DNA of 64,000 nucleotides, taken from IMG/VR virus record IMGVR_UViG_3300025769_000084; one strand, 5' to 3'. The number at the start of each line of letters is the position of its first letter. Within the stretch, counting starts at the first letter, position 1. Below are positions 17,070 to 26,883 of the stretch, piece by piece. Source of the stretch: an uncultured virus (IMG/VR IMGVR_UViG_3300025769_000084) (lineage: Duplodnaviria > Heunggongvirae > Uroviricota > Caudoviricetes). Both the position numbers and the translations under genes were made by a program. Under the pieces are notes generated by a model that saw only the letters and a program-made list of their open reading frames with translations, ran no database searches and was not told where the DNA came from.

Positions 17070-18920
17070 ATGCTGAGATATGCATGCGACATTGAGACTA
17101 ACGGTCTCTTGCACGAACTCGATCGTGTGCATAGCTTGGTCCTGAGAGATCTTGATACAAATGAAGTTATAAGTTGTTCTAATGAAGGTAACTATCTGCC
17201 AATACAATTTGGCTTGGCTTTGTTAGAAAAAGCCGACCTAATTGTTGGCCATAATTTTATTAATTTTGATATGCGAGGGATAGCTAAGGTCTACCCTACA
17301 TTTAAAATTAAAGAAAATTGTGACATTCACGATACCCTAATTATCAGTCGTGTGTTGTCGCCAGAAATGGAGACTGTTGACGCGCAGAAGTACACTCACA
17401 TCGAAAGTAAGTACAAGGGGCGGCATTCGTTGGCCGCGTGGGGTGAGCGCCTCGGTGTTGAAAAAATAAAATTCACTGAGACGCAGACAAAAAAGACCGG
17501 GCCAAAGGAGAGCGTGTGGGAAAGGTGGTCGGAAGAGATGCAGGTCTACTGCGAACAAGACACATTGGTTACCAAAGTTCTATATGAGTACTTCCAGACG
17601 CAAGAGCTAGACCCAAGGTGTTTTCAACTGGAGCACGAATTCGCCGCTATCATGACGATGCAGGAGGATTTCGGATTCCCTTTCAATGAAAGAGCTGCGT
17701 TCGCGTTGGTCAATACGCTCAAGGCGAGGCGGTCCGAAATTCATGATCAACTTCAAGAAGTTTTTCCGCCGATTGTCGAAGAGCGCGTCTCAGAAAAGAC
17801 GGGCAAGAAACTCAAGGACCGCGTCGTTTTATTTAATCCCGGTTCGCGTCAACAAACGGCACAACGTTTACGAGAGCGTTACCCTGAAATTAGTTTCTCC
17901 CAAACGGAGAAGGGTAATGTCAAGGTGGACGATGAAGTCCTTGAAAAGCTTGGTGAGAAATACCCGGAAGCTAAGCTCCTCGCTGAGTATCAAACGCTCA
18001 ACAAAAGGCTTGGCCAGATTGCTGAAGGGAAAGAGGCGTGGCTAAAACATAGTCGTGTTTTTGACGATAGTCGTATCCACGGTACAGTTATAACTAACGC
18101 ATGTATTAGCGGGCGTTGCTCACATCGACGTCCCAACACAGCGCAAATTCCGAGTGTTGGACATCCTTATGGAGCAGAATGTAGAGCTTTATTCGTTGCT
18201 CCTGTGGGGTGGCTTTTGTGCGGTTCTGATGCCAGCGGTCTGGAGCTGCGTGCTCTTGGTGCTTGGTTAGCACACTTCGATGAAGGTGAATATGCAAAGC
18301 TCGTTAGCACTGACGGCTTCGATATTCACACGCACAATGCAAAGTTGTTCGGCATTTTTGATGGGCAAGGTGATATCTCCAAAGCTACAAGAGACCTAAG
18401 CAAGCGTCTAATCTACGCCCTACTTTATGGGGCAGGTTCAAAGAAAGTTGGCAGCGTGATTGACCCGACTTTGAATGAATGGAAGCAGGCTGATTTGGGA
18501 AAGGAAACTATCAACACCTTCTACAAAAACCTGCCGGCTATCAAACAACTGAAAGATAAAATCGATGAGAGAATCTCAGAACGTGGTTATCTGACCGGCA
18601 TCGATGGACGACATCTTCAGATCCGTTCGAGGCACTCTGCCCTGAACCAGCTCCTACAGTCGACTGGAGCAATTACTGTCAAGAAAGCAACCACAATTCT
18701 CTACGATGATCTCAAGGAATTGGGATTGCGTTGGGGGCACGACTATGCATTCGTCGCACACGTTCACGACGAAATCCAATCACTCGTGCGACCAGAATTT
18801 GTGGAGGCTTACCAGACCCTAGCTATTGCTTCGTTCAGAAAGTCTGGTGAATACTTCAACCTAAGATGCCCCATGACCGGTGAGGCCAGGGTGGGACACA
18901 ATTGGATGGAAACCCACTAA
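17070..18920 (+). CDS. polA: family A DNA polymerase with 3'-5' exonuclease (T7-like, Tyr762 type)
   Basis: ExoI DIET, ExoII GHNFINFD, ExoIII YCEQD, motif A DASGLELR, motif B KRLIYALLYG, motif C VHDE. Confidence 0.97.
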   Translation: MLRYACDIETNGLLHELDRVHSLVLRDLDTNEVISCSNEGNYLPIQFGLALLEKADLIVGHNFINFDMRGIAKVYPTFKIKENCDIHDTLIISRVLSPEMETVDAQKYTHIESKYKGRHSLAAWGERLGVEKIKFTETQTKKTGPKESVWERWSEEMQVYCEQDTLVTKVLYEYFQTQELDPRCFQLEHEFAAIMTMQEDFGFPFNERAAFALVNTLKARRSEIHDQLQEVFPPIVEERVSEKTGKKLKDRVVLFNPGSRQQTAQRLRERYPEISFSQTEKGNVKVDDEVLEKLGEKYPEAKLLAEYQTLNKRLGQIAEGKEAWLKHSRVFDDSRIHGTVITNACISGRCSHRRPNTAQIPSVGHPYGAECRALFVAPVGWLLCGSDASGLELRALGAWLAHFDEGEYAKLVSTDGFDIHTHNAKLFGIFDGQGDISKATRDLSKRLIYALLYGAGSKKVGSVIDPTLNEWKQADLGKETINTFYKNLPAIKQLKDKIDERISERGYLTGIDGRHLQIRSRHSALNQLLQSTGAITVKKATTILYDDLKELGLRWGHDYAFVAHVHDEIQSLVRPEFVEAYQTLAIASFRKSGEYFNLRCPMTGEARVGHNWMETH

Positions 18921-18922
18921 TT

Positions 18923-20074
18923 TCAGGCAGCCTCCAAAGTGATTACACGCGCCAACAAGTCGGCGTTTTGTGTTTCAAGCGTTTCAACTTTAGTTATCAA
19001 AGTTTGTACGCATTGAACTAGATCAGGGAAAAATTTTAGGCTTGAGAGAATTTGGTACTCAGGATTGCCTTCATCGTCCACAGCATCTGCTTCCCCAATC
19101 ACCGCTTCAGGGAAAATAGGCGCAACCTCATCAGCTACCCAGCTAATAACGTCTGTAGCGCTAGTATTTACTTCATCGTAAATCTTAACAGGTATTTGCC
19201 TAATTCTTTCAAGACCGCCTGTATAGTTTCGGATATTTGTTTTTAAGCGCCGGTCAGAGCTTGCACCAAGACTTGCCGCATCAGTGTCAGAGTTGCCTGA
19301 AAGTATTCTGCCTCTACCTTGACCGCTACATTCAATTTGAATGACTACGTTTCTTGCGCTGTCGCTAAATGAATTTTTGACAAATAATTTACCGTCTTTG
19401 TCTATTCGCATCCGCTCTTGCGGGCTGCTTCCACCGTCTGCAGTGGTAGAGAAAACAAGCCTGCCTGGCATATCGTCAGTGCCTGGAGTTCCATCTACGA
19501 ATGCCCTAATATCTGCTGCAGTTGTAAAGTTGGTGCCGTCGTTACCTTTGAAATCAATTTTTCCGAGCAGATTGCTGTTCGCGACTGACGTATTTGAGCC
19601 AATCGCAGTACCTTCTGTTCTGGCTAAGACTAAGGCTGCGCCTCTTGAGCTACTGCTAGTTGTGCCTGAGTTTGCAACAATGCAAAGAGAATGAGTGTCG
19701 TTATCGCCTGCACCTTCAATAATAATTTTTGGCTCAATACTGGTGTCGTTCCAGTTGGTCCGAGCAGTACTTGACCCAATCAACAACTTTCCCGTTGACT
19801 CTACTGCTATATCTGCATCGTCAGCACCAAAACCACATCGAAGATCTAACCTACCATCGCCAGCAGTAATAAGCTGAAAGTCTGGTCTTCCACTGCCACC
19901 ATCGCCAAATCCAATTCCATAATCATCGCCAAGATGCATTCCACCGTCAGAAACCCAAGTCGGAGATGTAATACCTCCTAAGCCAAGATTGCCTGAGCTA
20001 TCGATACTGATTGCATCAGCCGATGCAGACGTGTTACTTAAACCTTTGACCAGCTGGGCGCGTGTTTGACTCAT
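18923..20074 (-). CDS. tail fibre protein with S74 intramolecular chaperone
   Basis: ERMRID repeats, SDRRLKTNI cleavage motif, C-terminal coiled coil. Confidence 0.85.
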   Translation of the reverse strand: MSQTRAQLVKGLSNTSASADAISIDSSGNLGLGGITSPTWVSDGGMHLGDDYGIGFGDGGSGRPDFQLITAGDGRLDLRCGFGADDADIAVESTGKLLIGSSTARTNWNDTSIEPKIIIEGAGDNDTHSLCIVANSGTTSSSSRGAALVLARTEGTAIGSNTSVANSNLLGKIDFKGNDGTNFTTAADIRAFVDGTPGTDDMPGRLVFSTTADGGSSPQERMRIDKDGKLFVKNSFSDSARNVVIQIECSGQGRGRILSGNSDTDAASLGASSDRRLKTNIRNYTGGLERIRQIPVKIYDEVNTSATDVISWVADEVAPIFPEAVIGEADAVDDEGNPEYQILSSLKFFPDLVQCVQTLITKVETLETQNADLLARVITLEAA

Positions 20075-20331
20075 TTCTCTATTGCGGAATGTTTCTTAAC
20101 ACTTTTATATATGGTAATTCTAGAGGACCCAACTAAAGTTTGATCGCTCCTCAGAAGCACCATGGAATCACCCAAGCCCGCAATCAGCCAAGGGGCTCTC
20201 GAAAAATTCAGCTATCTCGATCTTGTTGAGATGCACGAAGACCTTGAGGAATGGATGGAGGTCTGGCAAAACAGGCTGACCCAAATCCAAGAGGAAATCA
20301 AAAAGCGTATCGAAGATAACCTTTTGAAGAA

Positions 20332-20793
20332 ATGAACATTCTTAAGCAAGGGAAGTGGGACGTTCGCTTCCTAAAACTGGCCCACGAAGTTGCCACCTGG
20401 AGTAAGGATCCCAGCACAAAAGTCGGCTGCGTGCTTGTCAAAGGCAAGAAAGTCATCAGCGTGGGCTACAACGGTCTGCCCATGGGCATCGAGGACTCCA
20501 TCGAACGCCTGACAGACCGTGATCTCAAGTACGAAATGACGGTCCATGCAGAGGTCAATGCTGTTACAACTGCTGCATTGCATGGGGTCAGCACTTCTGG
20601 CTGCACTGCGTACGTCACTTTCCATCCATGCAGTCGCTGCGCTGCTGTACTTATTAATGCTGGTGTCTCTACCGTGGTTGTTTCAGCCCACGACATCAAC
20701 TGCGATAGGTGGCTCGACAGCTTCCGACTTGCCGCGTCACTTCTCAATGAGGCCGGAATCGGTCACGAAATTGTAGATCCCAACGTCAAATGA
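20332..20793 (+). CDS. dCMP deaminase
   Basis: SKDPSTKVG, GYNG, HAE and PCSRC zinc-deaminase motifs. Confidence 0.93.
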   Translation: MNILKQGKWDVRFLKLAHEVATWSKDPSTKVGCVLVKGKKVISVGYNGLPMGIEDSIERLTDRDLKYEMTVHAEVNAVTTAALHGVSTSGCTAYVTFHPCSRCAAVLINAGVSTVVVSAHDINCDRWLDSFRLAASLLNEAGIGHEIVDPNVK

Positions 20794-21485
20794 ACCTCCT
20801 CCTCGCTTCTGCAAAATTCATCGGATCCGCTCAAACCGAGAGTGGTGTCCGTTGCATGCACGTCGAAATCCAAAACCAAGGGGCCAAGGCACTGCCTGTC
20901 CCGGTGTACCTCATCCCAACAAGGGCTGCTGGTGACACGTTCGTAATCGATGCTTATGAACCAGGCACCCACCTCCTGTTCACTGGCCGGATGTATCCGA
21001 GCAAGAGCGACTACAAAATGTACATCGCTCCCACAACACCGTTCCAAACTGTCCCGGCCAACACGCTGGTCAATCAAGTAACGGCTGCCGGTGGCGTCGG
21101 CTTCATTGCTGATCAACGTCGCGAAGATCTCTTTGGTTGCGGAATGCTTTGTCAGGCGCCAGCGCAAAAGCTCTTGCACTTCACCTGGGACGACAGTGTC
21201 CCGCTTCGACTGGATGCGTGGGGTGACGATGCGACTCGCTTCCGGAAGTTCATCTACAAAGGAAGGCAGATCGCAATCGGTGGTCGCCTCAAATATGAGT
21301 CCTGGCCAGGTAAGGACGGAGAGACCCGCACCGCATACAAGGTTCAGGTCCGTGGTGGACAATACACTTTCTTCGGAAAGAACTCACCGGACAAAGCGGA
21401 AGCAAAGGTCGAGGCTCCTGTTCGATCTGCTCAGGAGACTGTGATTCCCCAACCCGTCCCTAAGGGTGACGAAATTCCGTTTTGA
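20790..21485 (+). CDS. ssb: single-stranded DNA-binding protein with two OB folds
   Basis: AWG...KGRQIAIGGRL..E.W..KDG..R and acidic tail DEIPF; extra N-terminal OB-like repeat. Confidence 0.8.
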   Translation: MNLLLASAKFIGSAQTESGVRCMHVEIQNQGAKALPVPVYLIPTRAAGDTFVIDAYEPGTHLLFTGRMYPSKSDYKMYIAPTTPFQTVPANTLVNQVTAAGGVGFIADQRREDLFGCGMLCQAPAQKLLHFTWDDSVPLRLDAWGDDATRFRKFIYKGRQIAIGGRLKYESWPGKDGETRTAYKVQVRGGQYTFFGKNSPDKAEAKVEAPVRSAQETVIPQPVPKGDEIPF

Positions 21486-21533
21486 TTTTATGGCGCCAGA
21501 TTGACGCCGTCGCTAACTTCATAACACGAGGGG

Positions 21534-21557
21534 AGCTCTGGGAAACCAGGGCTTTTT
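21534..21557 (+). terminator. GNRA hairpin with T-tract (terminator or attenuator)
   Basis: AGCTCTGG-GAAA-CCAGGGCT-TTTT between ssb and the next gene. Confidence 0.6.
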
Positions 21558-21580
21558 CTCTGTCCCAACCGTTGAAACTT

Positions 21581-22519
21581 ATGTCAGTTCTTGACCGTTA
21601 CCTGAACACTGAGAAGTATCAGGGTGTGATGCGTGAGCTCGCCATCGCACAAATCCTGAACGAGAAGACCAAGCCCGGTCTTTTCATCAAGCAAAACGCC
21701 CTTGACCGTTGTGGTTTCACTGGCGATGCTGACGACTTCCCGAATGCGGAAGCCGACTACGAGCATGTCTTCAACACTGGAGACACCGAAAGAGGTATGT
21801 TCTTCAAGACTCCCCGGATGTTGATCATCCACGGTGGCAATCCGAAAGACACCACCTTCATCGAGAACTCCAAAAACAAGGGCGAGATCGTTGGTATCTA
21901 CCCGCAGGACAACTACCTGTACGACGACTGGGAGGAAAAGAACCCTGGTCAGCCTTGTCCGTACAAGCGTCGTCGCCTGATCCTGATGTATCTCGTGAAC
22001 GAGGACGGTGTCGCTGCACACAAGAAACCACTAATCCTTTCACTGCACGGCGGGGCGTCTCGTGAATTCGTCACTGCTTATGGGCGCTTCCTCGAACAGC
22101 TCGAGGGTGCTTTCAGTGACAAGTACAGCCTGAAGAGCGCCACTGGCTTTGACCCGAAGCAGGCTGCTGCTGCGATCTTCACTCCCACCTTCGGGACTGT
22201 GATGTACGGCGAGAAGCAGAAGTCTGCAATTGCGGTGCCCAAGACTTGGAAGGAACCAACCGCTAAGAACCTCGAAGACTTCTTTCCAAAGAAAGGGGAC
22301 GACATCGATTACATCGAGGAAGTCCACGAGAGCGTGACCATGGAGGTGTACTGCGCCAAGTTCTTTAAGCAGTGCGAGAAGGAGATTGGCATCAACGCCA
22401 TCGCACCCGGTGTTGACCTGACCAACCTCACCCTCCCTGTGCCCGAAGGATCTGGTGGCATCCGCGCCATGCTGGCGGCCAAGGATGAGACCGGAGCCAT
22501 CGAGGGTGGGCTCAAGTAA
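21581..22519 (+). CDS. conserved protein next to ssb (DUF5895-like, tentative)
   Basis: 312 aa from MSVLDRY; strong highly-expressed codon bias; PRMLI and H.KPL.L motifs. Confidence 0.7.
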   Translation: MSVLDRYLNTEKYQGVMRELAIAQILNEKTKPGLFIKQNALDRCGFTGDADDFPNAEADYEHVFNTGDTERGMFFKTPRMLIIHGGNPKDTTFIENSKNKGEIVGIYPQDNYLYDDWEEKNPGQPCPYKRRRLILMYLVNEDGVAAHKKPLILSLHGGASREFVTAYGRFLEQLEGAFSDKYSLKSATGFDPKQAAAAIFTPTFGTVMYGEKQKSAIAVPKTWKEPTAKNLEDFFPKKGDDIDYIEEVHESVTMEVYCAKFFKQCEKEIGINAIAPGVDLTNLTLPVPEGSGGIRAMLAAKDETGAIEGGLK

Positions 22520-22637
22520 AGTTTGTTCGGAATCTTTAACAGATTCTCTTACATACCGTGCGGGGACTGGGTAGGTCCCCGTCTACAAATGTGGTCCAAA
22601 ACTAAGACGTTCAGGCCGTCTTAAGTTCAGTCGTAAG

Positions 22638-22662
22638 CGGGGGTAAACACCCTCGTTTTTTT
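22638..22662 (+). terminator. intrinsic terminator
   Basis: CGGGGGT-AAAC-ACCCTCG followed by a T-tract. Confidence 0.65.
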
Positions 22663-22759
22663 CTGCAGTTTTTCAGCCTTGTCCAAAAGCTCAAGCGCCT
22701 CCTCACGGGTGGTGCAGAGCTCCGCCTTTGACTGAATCTTGGCGTACTTCTTTGAGTAC

Positions 22760-23017
22760 TTAGCTGGTTTCATCATTCAGGAATCCTTGTAGGGCCATCG
22801 TTTCGTATTGAACAAGACGCTTACAAAGCCCACGAATCGCAGCCTGGCGTGCAATGCACACCTTAAGTAGGTTTTTTGACGCCTCTCTCAATTCTTCGAC
22901 ACTTGTTGCTGCATCAATCTCAGATGCAATCCGTGTCTCTAAAAACTCGTCTTCTAAAGATTTGGAAATTTCTAAATCCTCGAACGGGATTTCAATAATC
23001 TCAAACTCTTCTGACAT
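22760..23017 (-). CDS. NblA-like phycobilisome degradation adaptor, copy 1
   Basis: SLEDEF...I...EELRE...LL...RQAAIRGL fits the NblA two-helix pattern. Confidence 0.5.
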   Translation of the reverse strand: MSEEFEIIEIPFEDLEISKSLEDEFLETRIASEIDAATSVEELREASKNLLKVCIARQAAIRGLCKRLVQYETMALQGFLNDETS

Positions 23018-23102
23018 CGAGTTATTGCATAATGATTATTCTAACAACGGAAGTAAAATTATATGTTAGGAAACATACACAATCTTTATACATTTTTCTG
23101 TA

Positions 23103-23130
23103 TTGACATCCCTTTGTTGCTCCCTATCAT
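23103..23130 (+). promoter_or_regulatory. sigma70-type promoter
   Basis: TTGACA-16 nt-TATCAT. Confidence 0.6.
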
Positions 23131-23151
23131 CTGACTATCCAATTTGGCACC

Positions 23152-23289
23152 ATGGCTGCACGCAAGACGTTCACGAACACAAAAACCATTGTTGCCACGC
23201 CAAAAAAGACTTCGATCGGTGACGGTCGCCGCAAGCGGGGCTCCTTCAAAGTCAAAGGGCAGAAGCCTTACAGAGGACAAGGTAAGTGA
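23152..23289 (+). CDS. small basic protein ending YRGQGK (not in ORF track)
   Basis: 45 aa MAARKTF...PKKTSIGDG...KPYRGQGK; GTGA overlap with next gene. Confidence 0.7.
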   Translation: MAARKTFTNTKTIVATPKKTSIGDGRRKRGSFKVKGQKPYRGQGK

Positions 23290-23777
23290 ATCAGGAAGAC
23301 TGCTTTACCCCGCTCCGGCACAAAGCAGTAGAGATACCTGATTACATCCAGTGGCTCCTTGATCAGGACATTAAATGGGCAGAGCATTTCGGTTTCCAAG
23401 CCTTTCCGCTTCCTGCTGATTTCATCCAGATAGAACCAGCTCTGCAGGAGCTGGACAAGATTTGGCAGATCAAAAGACTGGGCCTGCTTCGCGTGGAGCC
23501 AATGTCTGTCTACGACTGGCATGTGGACGAATACCGTCTATCCTGCGTAAACATGCTGTACAGCACAAATGACAGCAGCCACGCTCTTTTTGGTGAGCAG
23601 CGCGATGCCTTGAACAAAGACGTGATCGAGCTGAAGTATCAAGCCGACACCTTTTACTTGTTCAACAATCAAATGCCTCACACGGTCATCAATCTCGGTG
23701 GCCCTCGATACCTTTTCTCTCTCTACTTCGAAGAGGAGAAGGATTACTGTTCCTTGCGTGACCTCTACAATGGCTGA
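23286..23777 (+). CDS. cupin / 2OG-Fe(II) oxygenase-like protein
   Basis: WHVD...PHTVIN...RYLFS (HxD...H...R). Confidence 0.7.
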   Translation: MNQEDCFTPLRHKAVEIPDYIQWLLDQDIKWAEHFGFQAFPLPADFIQIEPALQELDKIWQIKRLGLLRVEPMSVYDWHVDEYRLSCVNMLYSTNDSSHALFGEQRDALNKDVIELKYQADTFYLFNNQMPHTVINLGGPRYLFSLYFEEEKDYCSLRDLYNG

Positions 23778-24372
23778 CCCCAAAAGTTATAGGGAGATCC
23801 TTGAAGACCAGAAGATGATCGAAGAGCTGATCGATCTTCCCAACACGGATGAAGAGGAGCGGGAGGAGCTTGCAACCCTTTGGCATGATCTCAAAAGCAG
23901 AGAAGCCTACAAATTTGATGCCATCATCTCGGTCATCCGTGAATGTGATAACTGCATTGAACAATTCACAAGCGAATTGGATGAGCTGAAGGAGAGCGTT
24001 TCTTACTGGAAAAACAAGCGGCAAAATGTTATTAACATCATTAAAGCGGCCTATCAAAACCAATTGATAAGCTCAAAACCTACGGGTATAAAGTATCAAG
24101 CCACGATCAGAAACGTCCTTCCTAAAGTGCAAGAAAATTTTTCTGACTGGAGTGACAATGAAAAGCAAAAATTTGGGATCAAAAAGACTCTTACTGTCGA
24201 GACAATCCGTGACGGTGAAGTCATCAAAAAGCACGAGGATGTCTACGCGGACAAGGAAGAGCTACGCCAAACCCTGATGCAAAACCCAAATCAAGCACCT
24301 GAAGCAGCCCGGCTTGTCAGGAGAGTCTCACTTTCGTATGGCTTTCGTAAACGTTTAAAACGGGGTGTATGA
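23770..24372 (+). CDS. Gp157/Gam-like coiled-coil protein
   Basis: KFDAI..VIRE coiled coil ...DKEEL pattern; start MADPKSY. Confidence 0.55.
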   Translation: MADPKSYREILEDQKMIEELIDLPNTDEEEREELATLWHDLKSREAYKFDAIISVIRECDNCIEQFTSELDELKESVSYWKNKRQNVINIIKAAYQNQLISSKPTGIKYQATIRNVLPKVQENFSDWSDNEKQKFGIKKTLTVETIRDGEVIKKHEDVYADKEELRQTLMQNPNQAPEAARLVRRVSLSYGFRKRLKRGV

Positions 24373-24391
24373 CAGGGGTTGACCCCCTGCG

Positions 24392-24664
24392 GTGACTCGA
24401 TACCCTTGGTTCGCCGCTCAATTCGTTTTGCCCTACCTGCGCTGCACATCCCTTTCTCAGGACAAGTATGAAGCCGAACTCAAATGCGAGTACGACTACG
24501 ACAAAGTCTTCAAAAAAAGATGGCGAGTCAGTATCAACAGCGACGGACTCATCGAACTCCCCGAAGAACTTCGGGGACGCCTTGGTTGGCGACATAATGA
24601 TGTTCTGGAGTGGTTCGATTTTGGGACTGACGAATTTCTTCTAGTTAAAATTAACAAGCAATGA
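24392..24664 (+). CDS. AbrB/MazE-like regulator
   Basis: DGLIELPEELRGRLGWRHNDVLEW; start uncertain. Confidence 0.6.
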   Translation: MTRYPWFAAQFVLPYLRCTSLSQDKYEAELKCEYDYDKVFKKRWRVSINSDGLIELPEELRGRLGWRHNDVLEWFDFGTDEFLLVKINKQ

Positions 24665-25020
24665 AACAGAACAAGCGCCAGTCCTATCTCGACATGATCG
24701 AGAACGCTGCGAAGCTCCAGCGTGAAGAACACTCATGGGTAAGCAATCTGTACCAAAAGCGGCTGACGGAACTCGAAAAACAAACGGCAAATTATGAGCA
24801 CTGGTTACAATCTCGAAATGAGCACGCTTGATGACGGATGCGTGCATGTCTGTTTAACAGAAGACGGATTTACCGCATGCGCGATCGTCAGCTCTATGCA
24901 TCTCGCCGCCGATAAAGAAAACCAGTTGCGTGCAGACATCCGTAAGCAATCACTCAACGCAATGTTTGAATGATTCAGGATTAGGGTAATTAAGCTTGTC
25001 CCGTTGTTGCATCCTCAATA

Positions 25021-25287
25021 ATGAGGCAAGCTAAGAAATTCAAGTATCGCGGCGAAAAGTCTGAGATTCTCGACTCAATCATGTTCGAGGGATATGAGAT
25101 CAAAAGCCTCAAACATGGGAACACGGGTCACATTCTCTACAAATTTCCTAGCAAAGCACATGACTGGGAACCTTGCTGGACAATGGATCTACAGACAGCC
25201 AAAAACGGCGTGACAAAGTATCTTGCTAAGCAAGAAAATCCCCCAAAAAATGAGGGTAAGAGTCCCGTAGAATCAAAAGTTAGTTAG
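25021..25287 (+). CDS. hypothetical protein
   Basis: 88-aa ORF. Confidence 0.6.
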   Translation: MRQAKKFKYRGEKSEILDSIMFEGYEIKSLKHGNTGHILYKFPSKAHDWEPCWTMDLQTAKNGVTKYLAKQENPPKNEGKSPVESKVS

Positions 25288-25302
25288 AGGTAATCGGTAA
25301 AG

Positions 25303-25563
25303 GTGGTGCGTCCCGTAATGACTGACCTCATGGATGATCTCGCAATGGGTATTCACGAGTACCTGTTGGAGATCGCGACTCCGTATGCAGGGTCTTTTTT
25401 CGTATTGATCCCCGTTACTGAAGTCGTGAAAAAGTTCGGTCGTAATCACCGCACCATCCAACGCCGGATTCAAGCTCTAAAAGATGAGGGGATTCTTGTC
25501 CCTGTCATCAAAAGACAAACCATCACCCTTTACGAGGTCAAAGACCTGGAGGATCAGGCATGA
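25303..25563 (+). CDS. winged-HTH DNA-binding protein
   Basis: VTEVVKKFGRNHRTIQRRIQALKDEGIL. Confidence 0.7.
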   Translation: MVRPVMTDLMDDLAMGIHEYLLEIATPYAGSFFVLIPVTEVVKKFGRNHRTIQRRIQALKDEGILVPVIKRQTITLYEVKDLEDQA

Positions 25564-25865
25564 GCGAACAGCCGAATAGTGAAAGAAATCTGGAGATCAT
25601 CAACTTTCTGCTGTCATCGTTCACCGATAACGGCAAATCTCTCCGGGCTTTTACAACAAACCCACAAGAACTGGCGATAACCATTCTGACAGCTGGGTTG
25701 TTGGCGAATAACAAACTGATGATTGGCCCTGAGGATGCAGTGAAATCGGCTTTTGACATCCATTCACGCATTCAAAGACACGTCCATCAGTTTCAATCGA
25801 TGCAGTTTCAAGCTAACATCGAAGATTGTTTCCAGGAAAAACCACCAGAAACTGAGCACTACTAA
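25560..25865 (+). CDS. hypothetical protein
   Basis: 101 aa; GGAGG RBS; ATGA overlap. Confidence 0.65.
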   Translation: MSEQPNSERNLEIINFLLSSFTDNGKSLRAFTTNPQELAITILTAGLLANNKLMIGPEDAVKSAFDIHSRIQRHVHQFQSMQFQANIEDCFQEKPPETEHY

Positions 25866-25917
25866 GGCCTAATCGTAGATTTAGGGGAGATACTCTCCTC
25901 ACAACTGCAACAGTCGG

Positions 25918-26736
25918 TTGTTCGATTATCGGTCTGAGGGTGATACCCGACTCGTAATTAATGGGTCTCGTCATTACAAGACTCCGTATGGTGCATTGCC
26001 ATCAGTGACAACAATCCTGTCTGCAACTGGTGGAAATAAGGCTGCACTTGAGCGCTGGGCCAAAAAGAATCCCGGTGGCCGTGAAGCCGCAGCAGCACGC
26101 GGCACGAAAGTCCACTCTCTTATGGAGGAATTTCTCCTTGGGATTGAGCGTGATCCTGTGATCGATGACCCTGAAATCGCATCATTTTGGGAAGGTCTAC
26201 CCCAAAATCTTGAGAAGCTGGAGAATGTAATTTGGGCTGAAAACCCTGCTAAGGAGGGCGATTTCGGCTGGACAATGGGTGGCGACGGCATCTCTCGTGT
26301 CTGGCATCCAGGCGTCAATGAAGAGGAGAACTGGGGCTGGGCTGGAGCACCTGACATCGTTGCCGAATACAAAGGCAAGATTGTTTTAGGGGACTTGAAA
26401 ACAAGTAATGGCCCTTACTATTCGAAATGGCCCGGTCCTGAGACACCAAAAAATCAATATGGGATGCGTCGTGCTGGATTCATGAAGTACCAAAAGTGTC
26501 AGCTACAGCTGGCTGCTTACGCTTTGGGCCTCGAGCACACGGTCAACATTGTCCCTGAAATCTGCATGACGTTTGTAGCCACCCGCGAAACAGTACAGGT
26601 GTTTGCAATTCAAGCAGGAACAATTCAGAAGTACAAACAAAAATGGCTTAGCACTGTCGAGAAGTACTATTCCGAGATTTTGCCTGCACAGAAGGCAGCA
26701 GAGCTGGAAATGGAAGCAGTTTCTGAAGACAACTAA
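25918..26736 (+). CDS. PD-(D/E)XK (Cas4/RecB-like) exonuclease
   Basis: PSVTTIL, RGT.VH, AG.PD, DLKTS, QLAAY. Confidence 0.9.
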   Translation: MFDYRSEGDTRLVINGSRHYKTPYGALPSVTTILSATGGNKAALERWAKKNPGGREAAAARGTKVHSLMEEFLLGIERDPVIDDPEIASFWEGLPQNLEKLENVIWAENPAKEGDFGWTMGGDGISRVWHPGVNEEENWGWAGAPDIVAEYKGKIVLGDLKTSNGPYYSKWPGPETPKNQYGMRRAGFMKYQKCQLQLAAYALGLEHTVNIVPEICMTFVATRETVQVFAIQAGTIQKYKQKWLSTVEKYYSEILPAQKAAELEMEAVSEDN

Positions 26737-26883
26737 CGCGGAAATCCGGCACGTCAAGTGCAAATGCATTCCACGTAAATTAATGTAAACCTACACAGAA
26801 ATTGGAAGACATCCGGATAACCAGTTTCCGTCAAGTCACCAGCTGACTAATCTTTGTCCGGAGCAAACCGCTGAATATACCTA

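Noticed and set aside
25918..26736. Cas4 as part of a CRISPR system
   Set aside because: No Fe-S cysteine set, no array, no other cas genes; an ordinary phage exonuclease
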